Assembly (NCBI GenBank): GCA_025594325.1
Contig: JANHCV010000002.1
Coordinates: forward strand, 62,001-126,000
Origin: Blastocladiella emersonii ATCC 22665
Taxonomy: Eukaryota > Fungi > Blastocladiomycota
DNA: 64,000 nt
Reading direction: 5' to 3'
Positions 22,047-34,186 of the stretch are shown here, piece after piece. The position numbers were made by a program, and so were the translations under genes. The notes beneath the pieces are model-generated. The model worked only from the letters and a program-made list of their open reading frames with translations, searched no databases and was not told where the DNA came from. The number at the start of each line of letters is the position of its first letter. The stretch's first letter is position 1.

Positions 22047-25000
22047 ATGACCGGCGCCGAGGATGCTGCAGCGCTCATGGCCGCCGTCGACCCAAATACC
22101 GCCGCCACCGTGCGCGATGCCGTCGCCGCCGCCCTGAACCCCGCCGTCGCCGCCGCCACAAAGTCGCAGGCCGGCGCCTACCTCGACGCCCTGCGCGAGT
22201 CCAAGGACGGCTGGAAGGTCTGCCTCGCACTCTACCTCGCCGAGGACCCCAACCTCAACCCGCAGCTCGTCTTCTTCTGCATCCAGGTCCTCGAGGCCCA
22301 GCTCCGCTGCGGCCTGCCCGACGCCGACGCCGCCACCCTCCGCCGCGCATTCTGGGCCCACCTCGTCGACGCCGTGACCCCCGGCACCGCCGCTGCCCAG
22401 CGCCCGCCCGTCCCGCCCTACCTGCGCAACAAGGTCGCCCAGCTCGTCACCAAGCTGTTTGCCGCCCAGTGGCCCGCCCAGTGGCCCGCCTTCTGGGACG
22501 ACCTCTTTGCCCTGCTCCCCGCCGACCTGCGCGCCGCCGCCGCCGCTGCTTCGGGCGCGGGTGCGGCTGCCGCTGCCGCCCTCGCGCCACCCGCCAAGGC
22601 CGCCGCCGCCCGCGCCGTCGACATGTTCCTGCGCATCTGCTACACCATTGACCAGGAGATTGTCAACCTGCTCATCCACCGCGAGCAGACCGACGTGGCC
22701 CACAACCAGCTGCTCAAGGACATGATGCGCGAGGGCCCCGTCCAGGAAATGGTCCGCATGTGGTTCGCCATCGCCGTCGCCTACGCCAACCACGAGGACT
22801 CGGTCGTCGCCTGCCTCAAGAACGTCGCCCTCTACGTCTCGTGGATCGACGTCAACCTCGTCGTCAACGACTCGTGGATCCCGCTCCTCTTCCAGCACCT
22901 CGAGTCCAGCTGCCACGGCATCCGCCTCGCCGCCCTCGACTGCCTCAACGAGATCGTCGGCAAGGGCATGAAGCCCGAGGACAAGCTCGAGCTCATCCGC
23001 GCCCTCCGCATCTTCGACGTGCTCCAGACCGTCTCGGCCCAGCTGCTCCCCAATACACCCAACCTCGAGGAGGAGGACGACGACCTCATCTTTGTCGAGC
23101 ACCTCGGCAAGCTCGTCAACACCCTCGGCTGCGTCCTCGTCGCCATCTGGGTACGCTGCTCGCTTTTCACCCCGCGCTCCCGCCACGGCTGACCCGTCCT
23201 CCCGTAGATGGAAACCATTGAGCCCGCCCCGCGCGCCGCCATCGAGTCGCTCATCGCCGCCATCTTCCCGCTCTTCATCCAGTACTTTGCCAACGACTGG
23301 GACCACGTCTCCACCACCGTGCACGAGTACGGCAGCGAGTGGCTCTCGCTCGTCAAGCGCGCCAAGCGCGCCCGCGGCGGCACCGACGCCGCCCTGTCCC
23401 CCGCCGAGCGCGACATGGTCCGCTCGCTCCTCACCGTCGTCCTGCGCAAGATGCAGTACGACGCCGACCAGACCCCGCCCATCACCGCCCACGAGACGGG
23501 CACCGGGCTCGCCGCCGAGGAGGAGGACGACGAGGACGTGGCCCACTTCCAGGAGATGCGCCGCCAGCTCAAGATCCTCTACGACAACATTGCCACCATC
23601 GACCACGCCGCGTGGATCGAGCAGTCGGTCGCCCTCATGGGCTCCGTCTTCGACCAGTACCAGGCCAACCCCGCCACCGTTCGCTGGTGTGACGCCGAGC
23701 TCGCGCTCTACGTTCTGTACCTGTTCGGCGAGGGCTCGCGCCTCGCGTCGACCGTGGTCCGCGACCGCAACCTGATCGCGTACCGCGAGACCCGGCCCAA
23801 CGACCCGAACCCGGGGCCGTGGACGCCCATGGGCCAGATCATGATCCGCGTCATGCAGTCCGGGATCGGCGCGTACCCGCACCCGTGCATCGCGCCGCTG
23901 TTCCTCGAGAACGTGCACCGGTACGCCGAGTTCTACCTCGACGCGCCCGAGTTCATCCCGCGCGCGCTCGACGCCTTTGTCGCCGCCCTGCACGCGCCGC
24001 ACCCGGGCACCCGCGCGCGCGCGTCGTACCTGCTGCTGCGCACCGCCAAGGCCGTCAAGGCGCACCTCGCGCCGCTCGTCGACACGCTGCTCGGATCCAT
24101 GAGCGACCTGCTCGTGGTCCCCGTCCCCGACCTCAACGCGCCGCCACCAGCGCCCAAGGTCGCCGACGGGTCCGTCGCCGCCGCCGCCGAGGCCACGGCC
24201 GCGGGCAACCTCGACATGTTCCTGTACGAGACGGTCAGTCTGCTCATCTCGCTCGAGCAGCTGCCCGTCGACAAGCGCACCGAGTACCTCGGCGTCGCCC
24301 TCGCGCCGCTCATGCAGGCGCTGCAGCGCGACACGGCGCACGCGCAGCAGCTCGCTGCGTCGCCCGCGAGCGCCAAGCAGCAGAACCAGCTCAACATCCT
24401 CGCGTCGCACGCGGCCAACGTCGTGCAGGCGGCGGGGTCGCTCGCCAAGGAGTTCCCCGGGCGACACGTGCTCCGCGACGGGACGCCGCCGTGGGTCGGC
24501 GTGTTCGGCGAGTGCAACAGCGTGGTGCTCGAGTCGCTGACCGTGTTCGCCGGGCACGCCGAGTTCCGCGAGGCGGCGCGGTTCGCGTTCCAGCGGTCCG
24601 TCGGGCCCATGGGCGACGACGCGTTCCCGCAGCTCCCCGCGCTCGTCCAGCCGCTGCTCACGCGGTGCACGCTCGTCGAGGCGGCCGACCTGCTCAGCTT
24701 CCTCGGCATGCTCATGTACAAGTACAAGGCGGCGATCGCCGGGTTCATCGACGAGCTGATCCGGCCCACCGTCGCCATGGTGTTCGCGTTCCTCGGCCGC
24801 GCTCCCGAGGGCACCGACGAGACTATGCAGCAGGTCAACCTCAAGCGCCAGTACCTGTCGTTCCTCGGGTCCACGGTGACGTCGGGCCCCGAGCTCGACC
24901 TCGTGCTCCTGTCGCCGACCAACTTTGGGGGTGTGCTCCCCGACATCCTGTCGTCGGTGGCATCGGTCGCCATGGACGCGAGCGACCGGGCGCTGCAGAA

Positions 25001-25391
25001 GGTGGCGCTGTCGCTGATCGGCAAGTTCGCCATGGCGTGGACCGTGAATCGGGCGACCACGACGCCGCTGCCCGCGCATGTCCCCGCGTCGTGGCCGGGC
25101 GACGCACTGCGGCCCATCGCGGCGCGCGCGTGCGTCGAGATGCCCCTGCAGGCGTGCTCACCGACCGACGCCGGCTCGCTCGTCATCCTGCACGAGGTGG
25201 CCAGCCTGCACATGCACATGCTCCGGTCGTTTGGCGTCGAGGGCTGGCCACAGTACCTCGCGGCCGCGTACCTCCCCGCCGTCCAGTGCCCGCCCGAGCT
25301 CGCCAACGAGTACGCGACCGCGGTTGCGACGCTCGACCCGAAGAAGCTGCAGGCGTACCTGCGCGAGTTTGTCAAGCGCTTCCGCTCTTGA
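22047..25391 (+). CDS. LOS1: Exportin-T (tRNA exportin, Los1/Xpo-t), 2 exons (intron 23151-23207)
   Basis: YLRNKVAQLVTKLF..QWP..WPAFW, MFLRICYTIDQEI, HNQLLKDMMRE, YVSWIDVNLVVN, EIVGKGMKPEDKL, ELALYVLYLFGE. HEAT-repeat protein of about 1,090 aa. Confidence 0.9.
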
Positions 25392-25605
25392 TCTCACCTC
25401 TTGTGTCTCTCTTACCTTGTCCCCCCACCGGAGCGTTTTTGATGATGATCGCATACATGATTAGCTATATCCCGCCAACACGCACTCGGTTGTCGTCGAG
25501 CGAGAGGAGGGGAGAGGCAGCAGATGGAGGTCGGGATGATCGCCGCGTCGCTGCCGTGATGCCCTCTCTCCTAACAACCTCTCACTCCATGTATCCTGTC
25601 CCGCC

Positions 25606-27018
25606 ATGACGACCATCACCCTCCGCAAAGTCGCCGTCACAGGCATCGGCCTCGTCACGCCGCTCGGCGTCACGGCCTCCTCGACGTGGCAGCGTCTGAC
25701 CGCCGCCGAGTCCGGGCTCGTCGACCTGCGCACCTCGCCGCACGGCCTGCGCGGCGCCGACTTTGCTTCGCTTCCGTGCACCGTCGCGGGCGTCGTCCCG
25801 CGCGCCGACCTCGACCCCGCCTCGTTCCTCGCGCCGGGCGACGACCGCAAGACGTCGCTGTTCATCCAGTACGCGCTGCGCGCCGCGCGCGAGGCGCTCG
25901 CCGACGCGGCGTGGCGGCCCGACACGGATGCCGACTGCGCCGCGACAGGTGTCGCGATCGGGTCCGGGATCGGCGGCGTCGACGAGTTTGCCGCCGCGGA
26001 CCGCGCGGTTGCGAGCGGCGCGCTGCGTAAGGTGTCGCCGTTCGCGGTCCCCAAGGCCCTCGTCAATATGGCCGCCGGGTGGGTCTCGCTCACCCACGGG
26101 TTCACCGGACCCAATCTGTGCTCGGGCGCGGCGTGTGCGGCGGGCGCACACTCGATCGCGGACGCGGCGCGAATCATTGCCACGGGCGAGGCGAAGGTCA
26201 TGGTTGCGGGAGCCGCCGAGTCGACCATCTCGCCGCTGTGCATGACGGGGTTTGCGCGGTACGTCTCCGCCACAGGAGGTCGTCCCTTGGATACGCTCTA
26301 ACCCGCCGCGTCGCTTAGCGCAAAGGCCCTCACGACCTCGTTCAACGACGACCCAACCGCCGCGTCGCGCCCGTTCGACGCCGCCCGATCCGGCTTCGTC
26401 ATGGGCGAGGGCGCGGGCATCCTGATCCTCGAGGACCTGGAGCACGCGCTCGCACGCGGCGCGCCGACCATCTACGCGATCCTCGCGGGCGCCGGCGCCT
26501 CGGCCGACGCGCACCACATCACGTCCCCGCCGCCCGACGGCGCCGGCGCCGCGCGCGCCATGGCGGCCGCCCTGCAGCGCGCTGTCGGGGACCAGGTGAG
26601 CCGCGTCGGTTACGTCAACGCGCACGCGACGTCGACGGAGCTCGGCGACGTGGCCGAGATCGCAGCGGTGCGCAAGGTGTTTGGCGGCCACGCGACCAGC
26701 GGGCTCCGCGTCTCTTCGACCAAGGGCGCTATGGGTCACTTGCTCGGCGGCGCGGGCGCGGCTGAGGCCGCGGTTGCTGTTCTGGCGCTGCATCACGTAC
26801 GTCAGGCGCGCGAACCCGACCTGCAACGGGACTAACGCGACTTTCCGTAGGGCGTGATCCCGCCGACGCTCAACCTGCGCAACCCGGACCCGGCGACCGC
26901 CGGGATCGACCTCGTGCCACTGACCGCAGTGCGCGACGCGAACCTCGCCGCCGTCATGTCCAACTCGTTTGGGTTCGGCGGAACCAACGCGTCGCTCGTC
27001 TTCACCAAGCCCGAATAA
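25606..27018 (+). CDS. CEM1: Mitochondrial 3-oxoacyl-ACP synthase (FabF-like), 3 exons (introns 26259-26318, 26797-26850)
   Basis: [25 protein letters not shown] (catalytic Cys), [55 protein letters not shown]. Confidence 0.95.
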
Positions 27019-27038
27019 CAGAGACCCCGTTCTATCAA

Positions 27039-30038
27039 TCAATGGCGCATCTCGGACATGAGCTCGGTGCGCAACCGCGCCTGCCCGCGGGACCCGGACC
27101 CCCGCATCTTGCGCGACAGCGACGCGGCGATCGCGCCGCTCGTCCCGCCCGTGCTCGCGCTCGGACTCGTCGACGACGAGCGCGTCGGCCGCGCCGTCGC
27201 GTTGAACGCCTCGTTGATCCACCGGACCCACTCGTTGGCGTCACCCGGCGACGGCGTCTGCACGAGATGCGACCGTGGGCCGAGCCACACCGCGAAGCAC
27301 CCGTCGAGCCGGTCGTGCAGCGCGCCGACCAGTGGCTCGGCGAAGACGTCGGCTGAGTACGTTGTCTAGCGCGCGGGCGGCGGTGAGAGAGGATCGGGGA
27401 GAGGTTTTGAGTGAGCGTACCCCTATCGCCGCGCCGTCATAGTAGACCTGCAGCGATGGCGGCGAGCTGAGGAGGACCATCGTGGCCGGCTGCCACTGCC
27501 GGAACAGCCCGCCCATCTTGCGCAGCGCCATGCCCTCGCCGATGCGGACCAGCTACGCTCGCCGTGGTCAGTCGTGCTCCATGTCAACGAGGAGGAGCGG
27601 CGCACGCACCGCCGTGTGTGCGCCAACCGCCGTGCTCGACGTCGCACCGTCCGACTTGTCGCTCTCTGGCGCGGCCGAGCCCTCGCGGATCGTGAGTCCC
27701 GGCTGGAACGTGGCGATAGCTGAGACGCCGCCCTTGGCGTCGGATGGCCGTGCGTCGACCTGGTCCATGTCCCGCAGCGATATGGCTTCGAGCACCGGCC
27801 GGACGACGAGTAGCGCGGCCACGCCGTACAGCGTGACGAGGATGATGGCGCACTTGATGAGGAACTGGGCCTACAACACGGGCACCGTGGTCAGTAGAGA
27901 AACCGCGTAGCAGCTCGCACAGCGATGTACCCGAAAGTCGATCGAGAGGTACACGACGGGCAGCACGACGACGGCCGCGAACGCGATGAGGTACGACGCG
28001 AGCGCAATGTACCGCGCCTCGTTGAACGCCGACGCGACGCCACGCACCTGGTAGCTGAGCCAGCACGCGGCCACGAGCATTGCCGCGTGGTAGATGTACA
28101 GCAGCACCGTGGTCGCGAACGCCGCGGTCCCAGCCTGCGCGCACTGCCACGTGTAGCTCGTCACCGAGACCGCGGCTGTCGTCGCGTACGGCCGTCCGAC
28201 CTCGCTCCATAGGGTTTGGAGAAGGATATCGAACACGGCGAACCCGGTCACGACGCCCATCAGCCGCCGCGTCCTCAGGCTCTTGGCCTGCAGCCGCTTG
28301 TTGCCGAACACAAAGTAGATGCGCGTCGTCTTGGCCAGCGTGCTCGCGAGGACGATGGTCAGGCCGATCGAGAGCAGCCGCGTGCGCGCCACGCACACCA
28401 CGGCCGTCGTCGCGGGCAGCGTCTCGAGGAGCACGCCGGCGGCGATGAGGCAGGTGCCGAACAGGATCAAGCCGATGAAGACAGGAGATTGCGCGCGCAG
28501 ACTCGGCTCGCTGCGGAGGCGGTACAGCTGCACGGCGGCGAGAAGGGCGCCGGCAAAGTAGATGGCGCACGCGGCGAGGACCACGATCGCGATCGGGTCC
28601 GACGGCGTGATTTGGTCGAGCGAGCGGACTAGGTACGGGTGAAGTCGTCAGAATCGGACTGGGAACGGAGAGACAGCTGCGCGTACTGAATCCAGCGGGC
28701 GGCGCGGGCACCCACGCGCTCCAGATGTTGGTGTTAACCTTGATCCACGCGCACGCCGTGTCGGTCGCGCTGCCCGTGCGGTGGTACTCGCGCAGGAGCG
28801 AGTTGATGTCCGTGTCGCGCAGCGCCATGACCGTCAGGAACGTCGCGATGTGCGGCGTCGTGTCGCGGACCGATGCGCTGATGATCTTCGCGAGGAGCTC
28901 TACCAACGCGAAATGTTGGATTGTGACCACACAGGGAGAGCTTTAGGACGCACCGACGGTCCAGTCGCACGACAGCGTGTTATCTGGCGCGCCGACCTTG
29001 GCCGGGCTGTAGCCGGCGTAGCACTCGGACCGGGCCTGCGGCAAGTTGATGGCCGACAGGTTGTAGACGCTCGGCAGGACCTCGGGGGTCCAGTAGTACG
29101 CGATACAGCCGTAGTTACCCTGCACAGCGCATGCGGCGACCTTGGCGTCGATCGTGGTCGCGCCGAGGTACACGACGACGAGCTTGAGTCCGAGCGTCAC
29201 GATCCGCTGCTCCACCTCGCCTGGCGAGTAGCTCGGATCAAAGTGCTGCGCGCGATGAGTGTCAGTCGACGAGCACTCATAACGGGGTGATCGGCGTACC
29301 CAAAGCTCCTTGCACGTCGAGAACAGCGCGCCCAGGCACTGCGACGGGACAAAGATGCCGTTAGAGCAGTACGGGTAGGTCGCCGAGTCGCACAGAAACG
29401 ATCCGTCGGCCTTTCGCGCAGGCTGAGTGGTAGCGGCGGCCGGGAAGTAGGCGAGGACCGCGGGGTTGGTGAACGACCGCCACGAATCAAAGATCAAGCT
29501 CGGGTGCGCCTCTGTCAGCGCCGTGTTGATGTGGAACGCGATCTTGCCCGTGTAGCCGATCATGCCGCCGTCGAGCACGCTGCCCCGGCGCAAAATGTAC
29601 TCGGTGTAGAGGCTTCGCTTGTTGCTCGGCCAGACCTCGAGATTTGCATTGGTCGTGCCCATGGCGGCGCGCTTGTACACGTCAACTGTGTCGCCGTACT
29701 CGGCCATGGTCACGGCGACACCCAGAACGTCGGCGAGGAGCAGGCCGGCGACGTATGTCGTCAGATTGGAGCTGCACCGCGCGACCGGTTGGGTGAGCGA
29801 CAGGTTCACCACACAGCGGAGGCGGCATGGCATACCTGGGCCACACGTTAATTTCGAGCGTAACCGCGCCGGCCGACTGCTTGAGGTACGTGTTCGTATC
29901 CGAGGCGTGGTGTGGTAGCATCCATCCATACTTCTCCGTCACGTCGCGGCCGAGGCACCGCGGCAGGCCGCGGAGGACCTGCCCCGCATTCACAGCTCCC
30001 GCAGCCAGAACGAGAAAGAAGTAGTAGCGCAGATGCAT
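27039..30038 (-). CDS. Class-C-like GPCR: signal peptide + glycine-betaine-type periplasmic-binding domain + 7TM + C-terminal PH-like domain; 8 exons
   Basis: Introns 29772-29835, 29246-29299, 28900-28953, 28629-28686, 27871-27930, 27553-27609 and 27366-27420 all splice in phase. PBP motifs VWPSSNLTTYVAGLLLADVLG and NLEVWP. 7tm_3 motifs LRAQSPVF, LAKTTRIYFVF and AFNEARYI. Confidence 0.8.
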
Positions 30039-30397
30039 GGAGGGCAAGTAAACCACATGTTGCTTTGAAATTCGGGGTCGTGAGAGATCGCGCGCACAGG
30101 ATTCGAGCATGCGGCGCTCCTGTTCCAACCTGGCGGCGGATGGTGCACGCGTTTGTCATTCGATTGCGAGATGTGCGAGACGCGTGGGAGCAGGGCAACT
30201 TTCCGCACTGTGAGCGACGCGAGACTGGGCGCGGTCAGAGGTACTTCTGGCGCGGTGCGAGACGCGTGACGCGTCGCGGCTGCTGCGAGACATCACGCGA
30301 GGGTCACCTGACGCTCTGTCTCCTGTTCTGCTCCTCCAGGTCGGCGTGATCGACCCTGCCCTTTACGCTCTCCTTACTCCCAGAAACGCGACGCTAA

Positions 30398-32884
30398 ATG
30401 GATCAAACTACCAGCAAAGGGTCGGGGAAACCCGACGCATCGAAGAAGCGGCCGGGCTCGAGCTCCGGGGGCGGCCGGCCCAGCCCGTCCCTAACCTCGG
30501 GCGTCCCGGGCATTGGGCGCAACAAGGGTCCGCAGGCCCGCTCGAACACGAGTCCTTGAATAGTTCCCTGACGTGACTGTACCGTAGCCCGCAAGCTCGC
30601 CCAGGTGATCGAGAAGCAGACGCCCAGCAATGGTGCGCATCTCCTGCAGGCCCGATTTGTCGCCAACACATGGCTCACTCGACCCGCCCGCTGTAGAGCC
30701 AAACATCCTGCGTACTCTCAATGCGGCTAAGTTTGCCGACGCGCGCGCGTTCGAGATTCGCGCGCTCGGCTCCGTCATGCTTCGCGCCGCGTACGCCTTC
30801 CACCGCCATCCGCCAGCGCTCTACCCATCAGCTCACCCTTGTTTTCACCATTCCGTAGCGAAATGTCGAAATCGCGCGCGTTCCAAAAGGTCCCGCGCTT
30901 CCTCCGCCGCCGCGCCGCGTCGCACAACCCGAACAAGATCCCGCGGCGCCTGCGCGAGCGCGCGCACAAGGAGATCGCCAACGACCCGGTGCGGCCCAAG
31001 AAGAAGAAGCCCAAGGCCGTGCGCCGCAAGCCGCGGTCCGACTTTGCCGCGCGCCAGGAGCGCAATGGGACCTGGCTCGAGACGCACCTGTGGCACGCCA
31101 AGCGGTTCCACATGGAGTCCATGTTCGGGTGGAAGGTGCCCGTTGCGCCGACCCAAAAGGGTGCGCGCGCCATGTACCGCGCCGCAAAGTACGCCACCGT
31201 CGCTACCGACCTCTCGTACCTCGCCCTGTACGAGTTCCGCGGGCCCGTCGCCGATATCGCCAAGCTCGTCGCCGAGGTCACGGACCCATTCGGTCCCCGC
31301 GTCGGCGCTGCCCGGTACACGCACGGCCGCCGCACCGTTGAGACGGCCCTGTTTGCCAACTTCCCGCACGACCAGCTCGCCCCCGCCACGTTCCTGTGGC
31401 AGGCGGGCCATGCCGCCGGTGACGAGGTGGGATCCGGCCGCCTCTGGATGTGGACGCACCCGCTCGCCGAGGAGCAGCTGATCGCCGCCCTCGCCAAGGC
31501 CATGGAGCATCTCGCCATGACTTCGGTCCACGTCGAGCAGACCACGGACGTGTGCCGCATCTCGCTCAAGGGCCCCAAGGCGCTTGCGCTCCTCCACTCG
31601 GTCCTCGATCTTGCTCCATCCACGTCTGAGCCCGCCAAGCAGGTGTGGGAGGCACTCTGTGGCACCACGGACCCGAGCCCGCTGCCCGTCGGCGCTGTGC
31701 TCGGGCTGCAGGCCTGGGACCCGCGGCTAAGGTGCGTCGTCGCAAACGACCCGTGCCCGGGCCTCAACTCACTCGAACGTTGGTCCGTAGCTACCCACCA
31801 CGCCGCCCGACCTACGTCGTGTCGCAGGAAGCACGTGCCGCTGCTCAGGCCGTCATCGAGTCGCCCTGGCCCACTGCCTGCGCCGAGTCGACCGTGTGGG
31901 ACGCGTCGGTGCGCGACGCGAGCCGCGCGTCCAAGAAGCGCGAGCACGACCTCAACGAGCGGCGCCGCGCGCAGCTCGTGCCCGGGATCCGCCTCACGCC
32001 GGACGCCGCGCAGGACACGCAGTTCCCGGTCCTCCTGTTCCGCACCAGCGACCCTGTCGCCGGCATCGACGTGATCCTCCCGCGCGGCTGGTCGCTTCCG
32101 CTGTGGCGCAGCCTGACGTGGGCCGGCGCTCGCCCCGCTGGTCTCAACTGCCTGCGCAGCCTGCACCACGAGCACCTCGTGCCCATGTACCCGTACGACT
32201 TCCCGCTGTCGGACGGGCACGCCGACGTGATCCGCGCCGCGGCCGAGGTCCAGCAGTCCAAGTGGCGCGCGCGGCCGCCCGGCAAGCGCGTCAACTACGA
32301 GTCGCTCGGGATCGCGCACCCGTTCGACCCCGACTGGGCCGGTCTCGTCTCGCACGGCTGGCTCGTCTCGCCCGCGGTCGCATCGCGCGTCCTCGGCGAC
32401 GTGACCCGCGGCGAGTGGAGCCTGATGTGCACCGCGCTTGCGGCCGCGCACGCCAAACTCGATCCGACGACCGCAGGCACGCCGCTGTGCCACGTCGCGC
32501 TCGAGTTCCCCGGCCGCGGCAACGCCTCGGAGCATGCCCTCGTGTACTCGATGCGCGACGCGAACGAGGTCGGCGAATGGGGCCGCGTTGTGCGCACCGG
32601 CGCGTGGGACGAGGCCGCGAACAAGGGCATGAATGCGGCGCCGCCCGCGAGCCGCGTCGTCGGCTACGTGACGAGCGGCCGGTTCTCGCTCGCGATCGGT
32701 CGCGCACGCGTGATTGCTGTCGTCCGGGTCCAGGAGATGTACGTTTGCCGAAATGGGATGGATTCGGGCGCAGAACTAACTCTTCCGTGTGCGCGCATGT
32801 AGTCTTGGGCAGAAGTGGGTTCTCGTACGGTCAACAACGTCGCCCGTCGCGTACCCGGCCAAGATCGCGTCGATTTGGCGGTGA
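30398..32884 (+). CDS. POP1: RNase P/MRP subunit Pop1, 6 exons (introns 30528-30587, 30633-30697, 30791-30858, 31732-31790, 32739-32802)
   Basis: FADARAFEIRAL, RAFQKVPRFLRRRAASHN, WLETHLWHAKRFHM, DLSY..LYEF, ILPRGWSLPLW, PYDFP, RPPGKRVNY, GYVTSGRFSL. Confidence 0.92.
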
Positions 32885-33414
32885 CAACCGGAGATTTTGA
32901 TACACAGCAGGTTCAACTAGTGATTTGTCTGGAACTTTTTGGAACTCGGTCCGTTGCCGCAGTTGTGAGCACATGGCGGGAGATTTGGCACTAGTAATCG
33001 GAGCTGTGATCTGCAACCTGATAGACGCGACGCGCCCCTGGGACTGACGTGAATACGTCATGCAACGAGTAACCTAGGCCTTGATCCCTAAATTGATGCG
33101 AGTACTGTGATGACGATTTCAACGCCAGGCGAGGAAAGCCTGCCGGCACCTCGAGTCGCGTCCGATCACCGCGTTCACCTACGCGCTGCGCCACAGCCGT
33201 CGTGATGCGCGACCAATAAACTGGCCCATTGTTGAACGTCGCAGACGGGAGTTTCCGCGGAGCACCTTAAAGCGTCCAATCAGACACGGAGCTCATTTGC
33301 GTGTCCAGCTTGTGTCCACATATTGGCGACGCAGTTCACAGGGGTGGGTCATCCGAACCACGTTTCACTCGACTCGCTCGCTCTCCTTCCGGCCCCTTAC
33401 TAGCCGAAAGAAAA

Positions 33415-33792
33415 ATGATGCACTTTGGGGCCTACGCTCAGCCAGCTCAGCAACAGGGCGTCGACTTTTCGGCGCTGGATCGGTTCATTGTGTATCCCGA
33501 GCATGATCGCATTGATACCGACGCCAAGCGCCAGCACATCGTCAAGCTCATTGCGTCGCGCGTCCGACTGCTTCGGGATGAGCTCCCCCTCCATTATGCC
33601 CGGATCATCCACCTGAACGGCAGGGGAACTGCGAGCAAAACTTCAACCGAAAACCTCCTGAATCGCCACCTGAACCAAATCAAGTACTACACGGCCCTCG
33701 CCCACACGCTCAAGTATCCGCCTTCGGACGACGCGGAGGAGGATCTAATGAAGCTCATGATGAGCGGAATTGTTGACAAGGCTGCCTGCTGA
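33415..33792 (+). CDS. Small orphan protein (about 125 aa), paralog A of the pair flanking the transposon
   Basis: Open ORF with an A-rich start context. Aligns without gaps to the product at 37607-37968 (39 identities in 103 aligned residues by manual count). Confidence 0.6.
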   Translation: MMHFGAYAQPAQQQGVDFSALDRFIVYPEHDRIDTDAKRQHIVKLIASRVRLLRDELPLHYARIIHLNGRGTASKTSTENLLNRHLNQIKYYTALAHTLKYPPSDDAEEDLMKLMMSGIVDKAAC

Positions 33793-34117
33793 TTTTTTGC
33801 CTGTTTGTTGGTGTAATATATCTGCTCGCCATAGCTGTTCGCCCACTATCCACCATAGCCTTACTGCCAATATCGCGAGTCCGCACTGTCTCATCCCCTT
33901 ATTCCGTCGAGTTTAAGGGCCCGTTTGGTTCCGGGGTGAATCAGGTGGATCAATCGATTTTACACGGTCCGGTGTTCACCCAGCTGAAACGTGGCATTTT
34001 CACCCCGTCGCGTTCATCGCGGCGTTTGGTTCAACCCCCGGGTGAGCTGAATGGAACCCTCGTCGCTGAATCGCCCGTCTGCTCGCCCCCGAAACCTTCA
34101 GGCTGTGCTCCCCGGCC

Positions 34118-34125
34118 TATATAAA
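34118..34125 (+). promoter_or_regulatory. TATA box of Harbinger ORF1
   Basis: TATATAAA about 60 nt upstream of the ATG at 34187. Confidence 0.6.
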
Positions 34126-34186
34126 CGCCGTTTTCCTCCAAAGTAACTCGCTCTCTCTCCCCCGTCCTCCCTCAAAGCCGAAAAGA

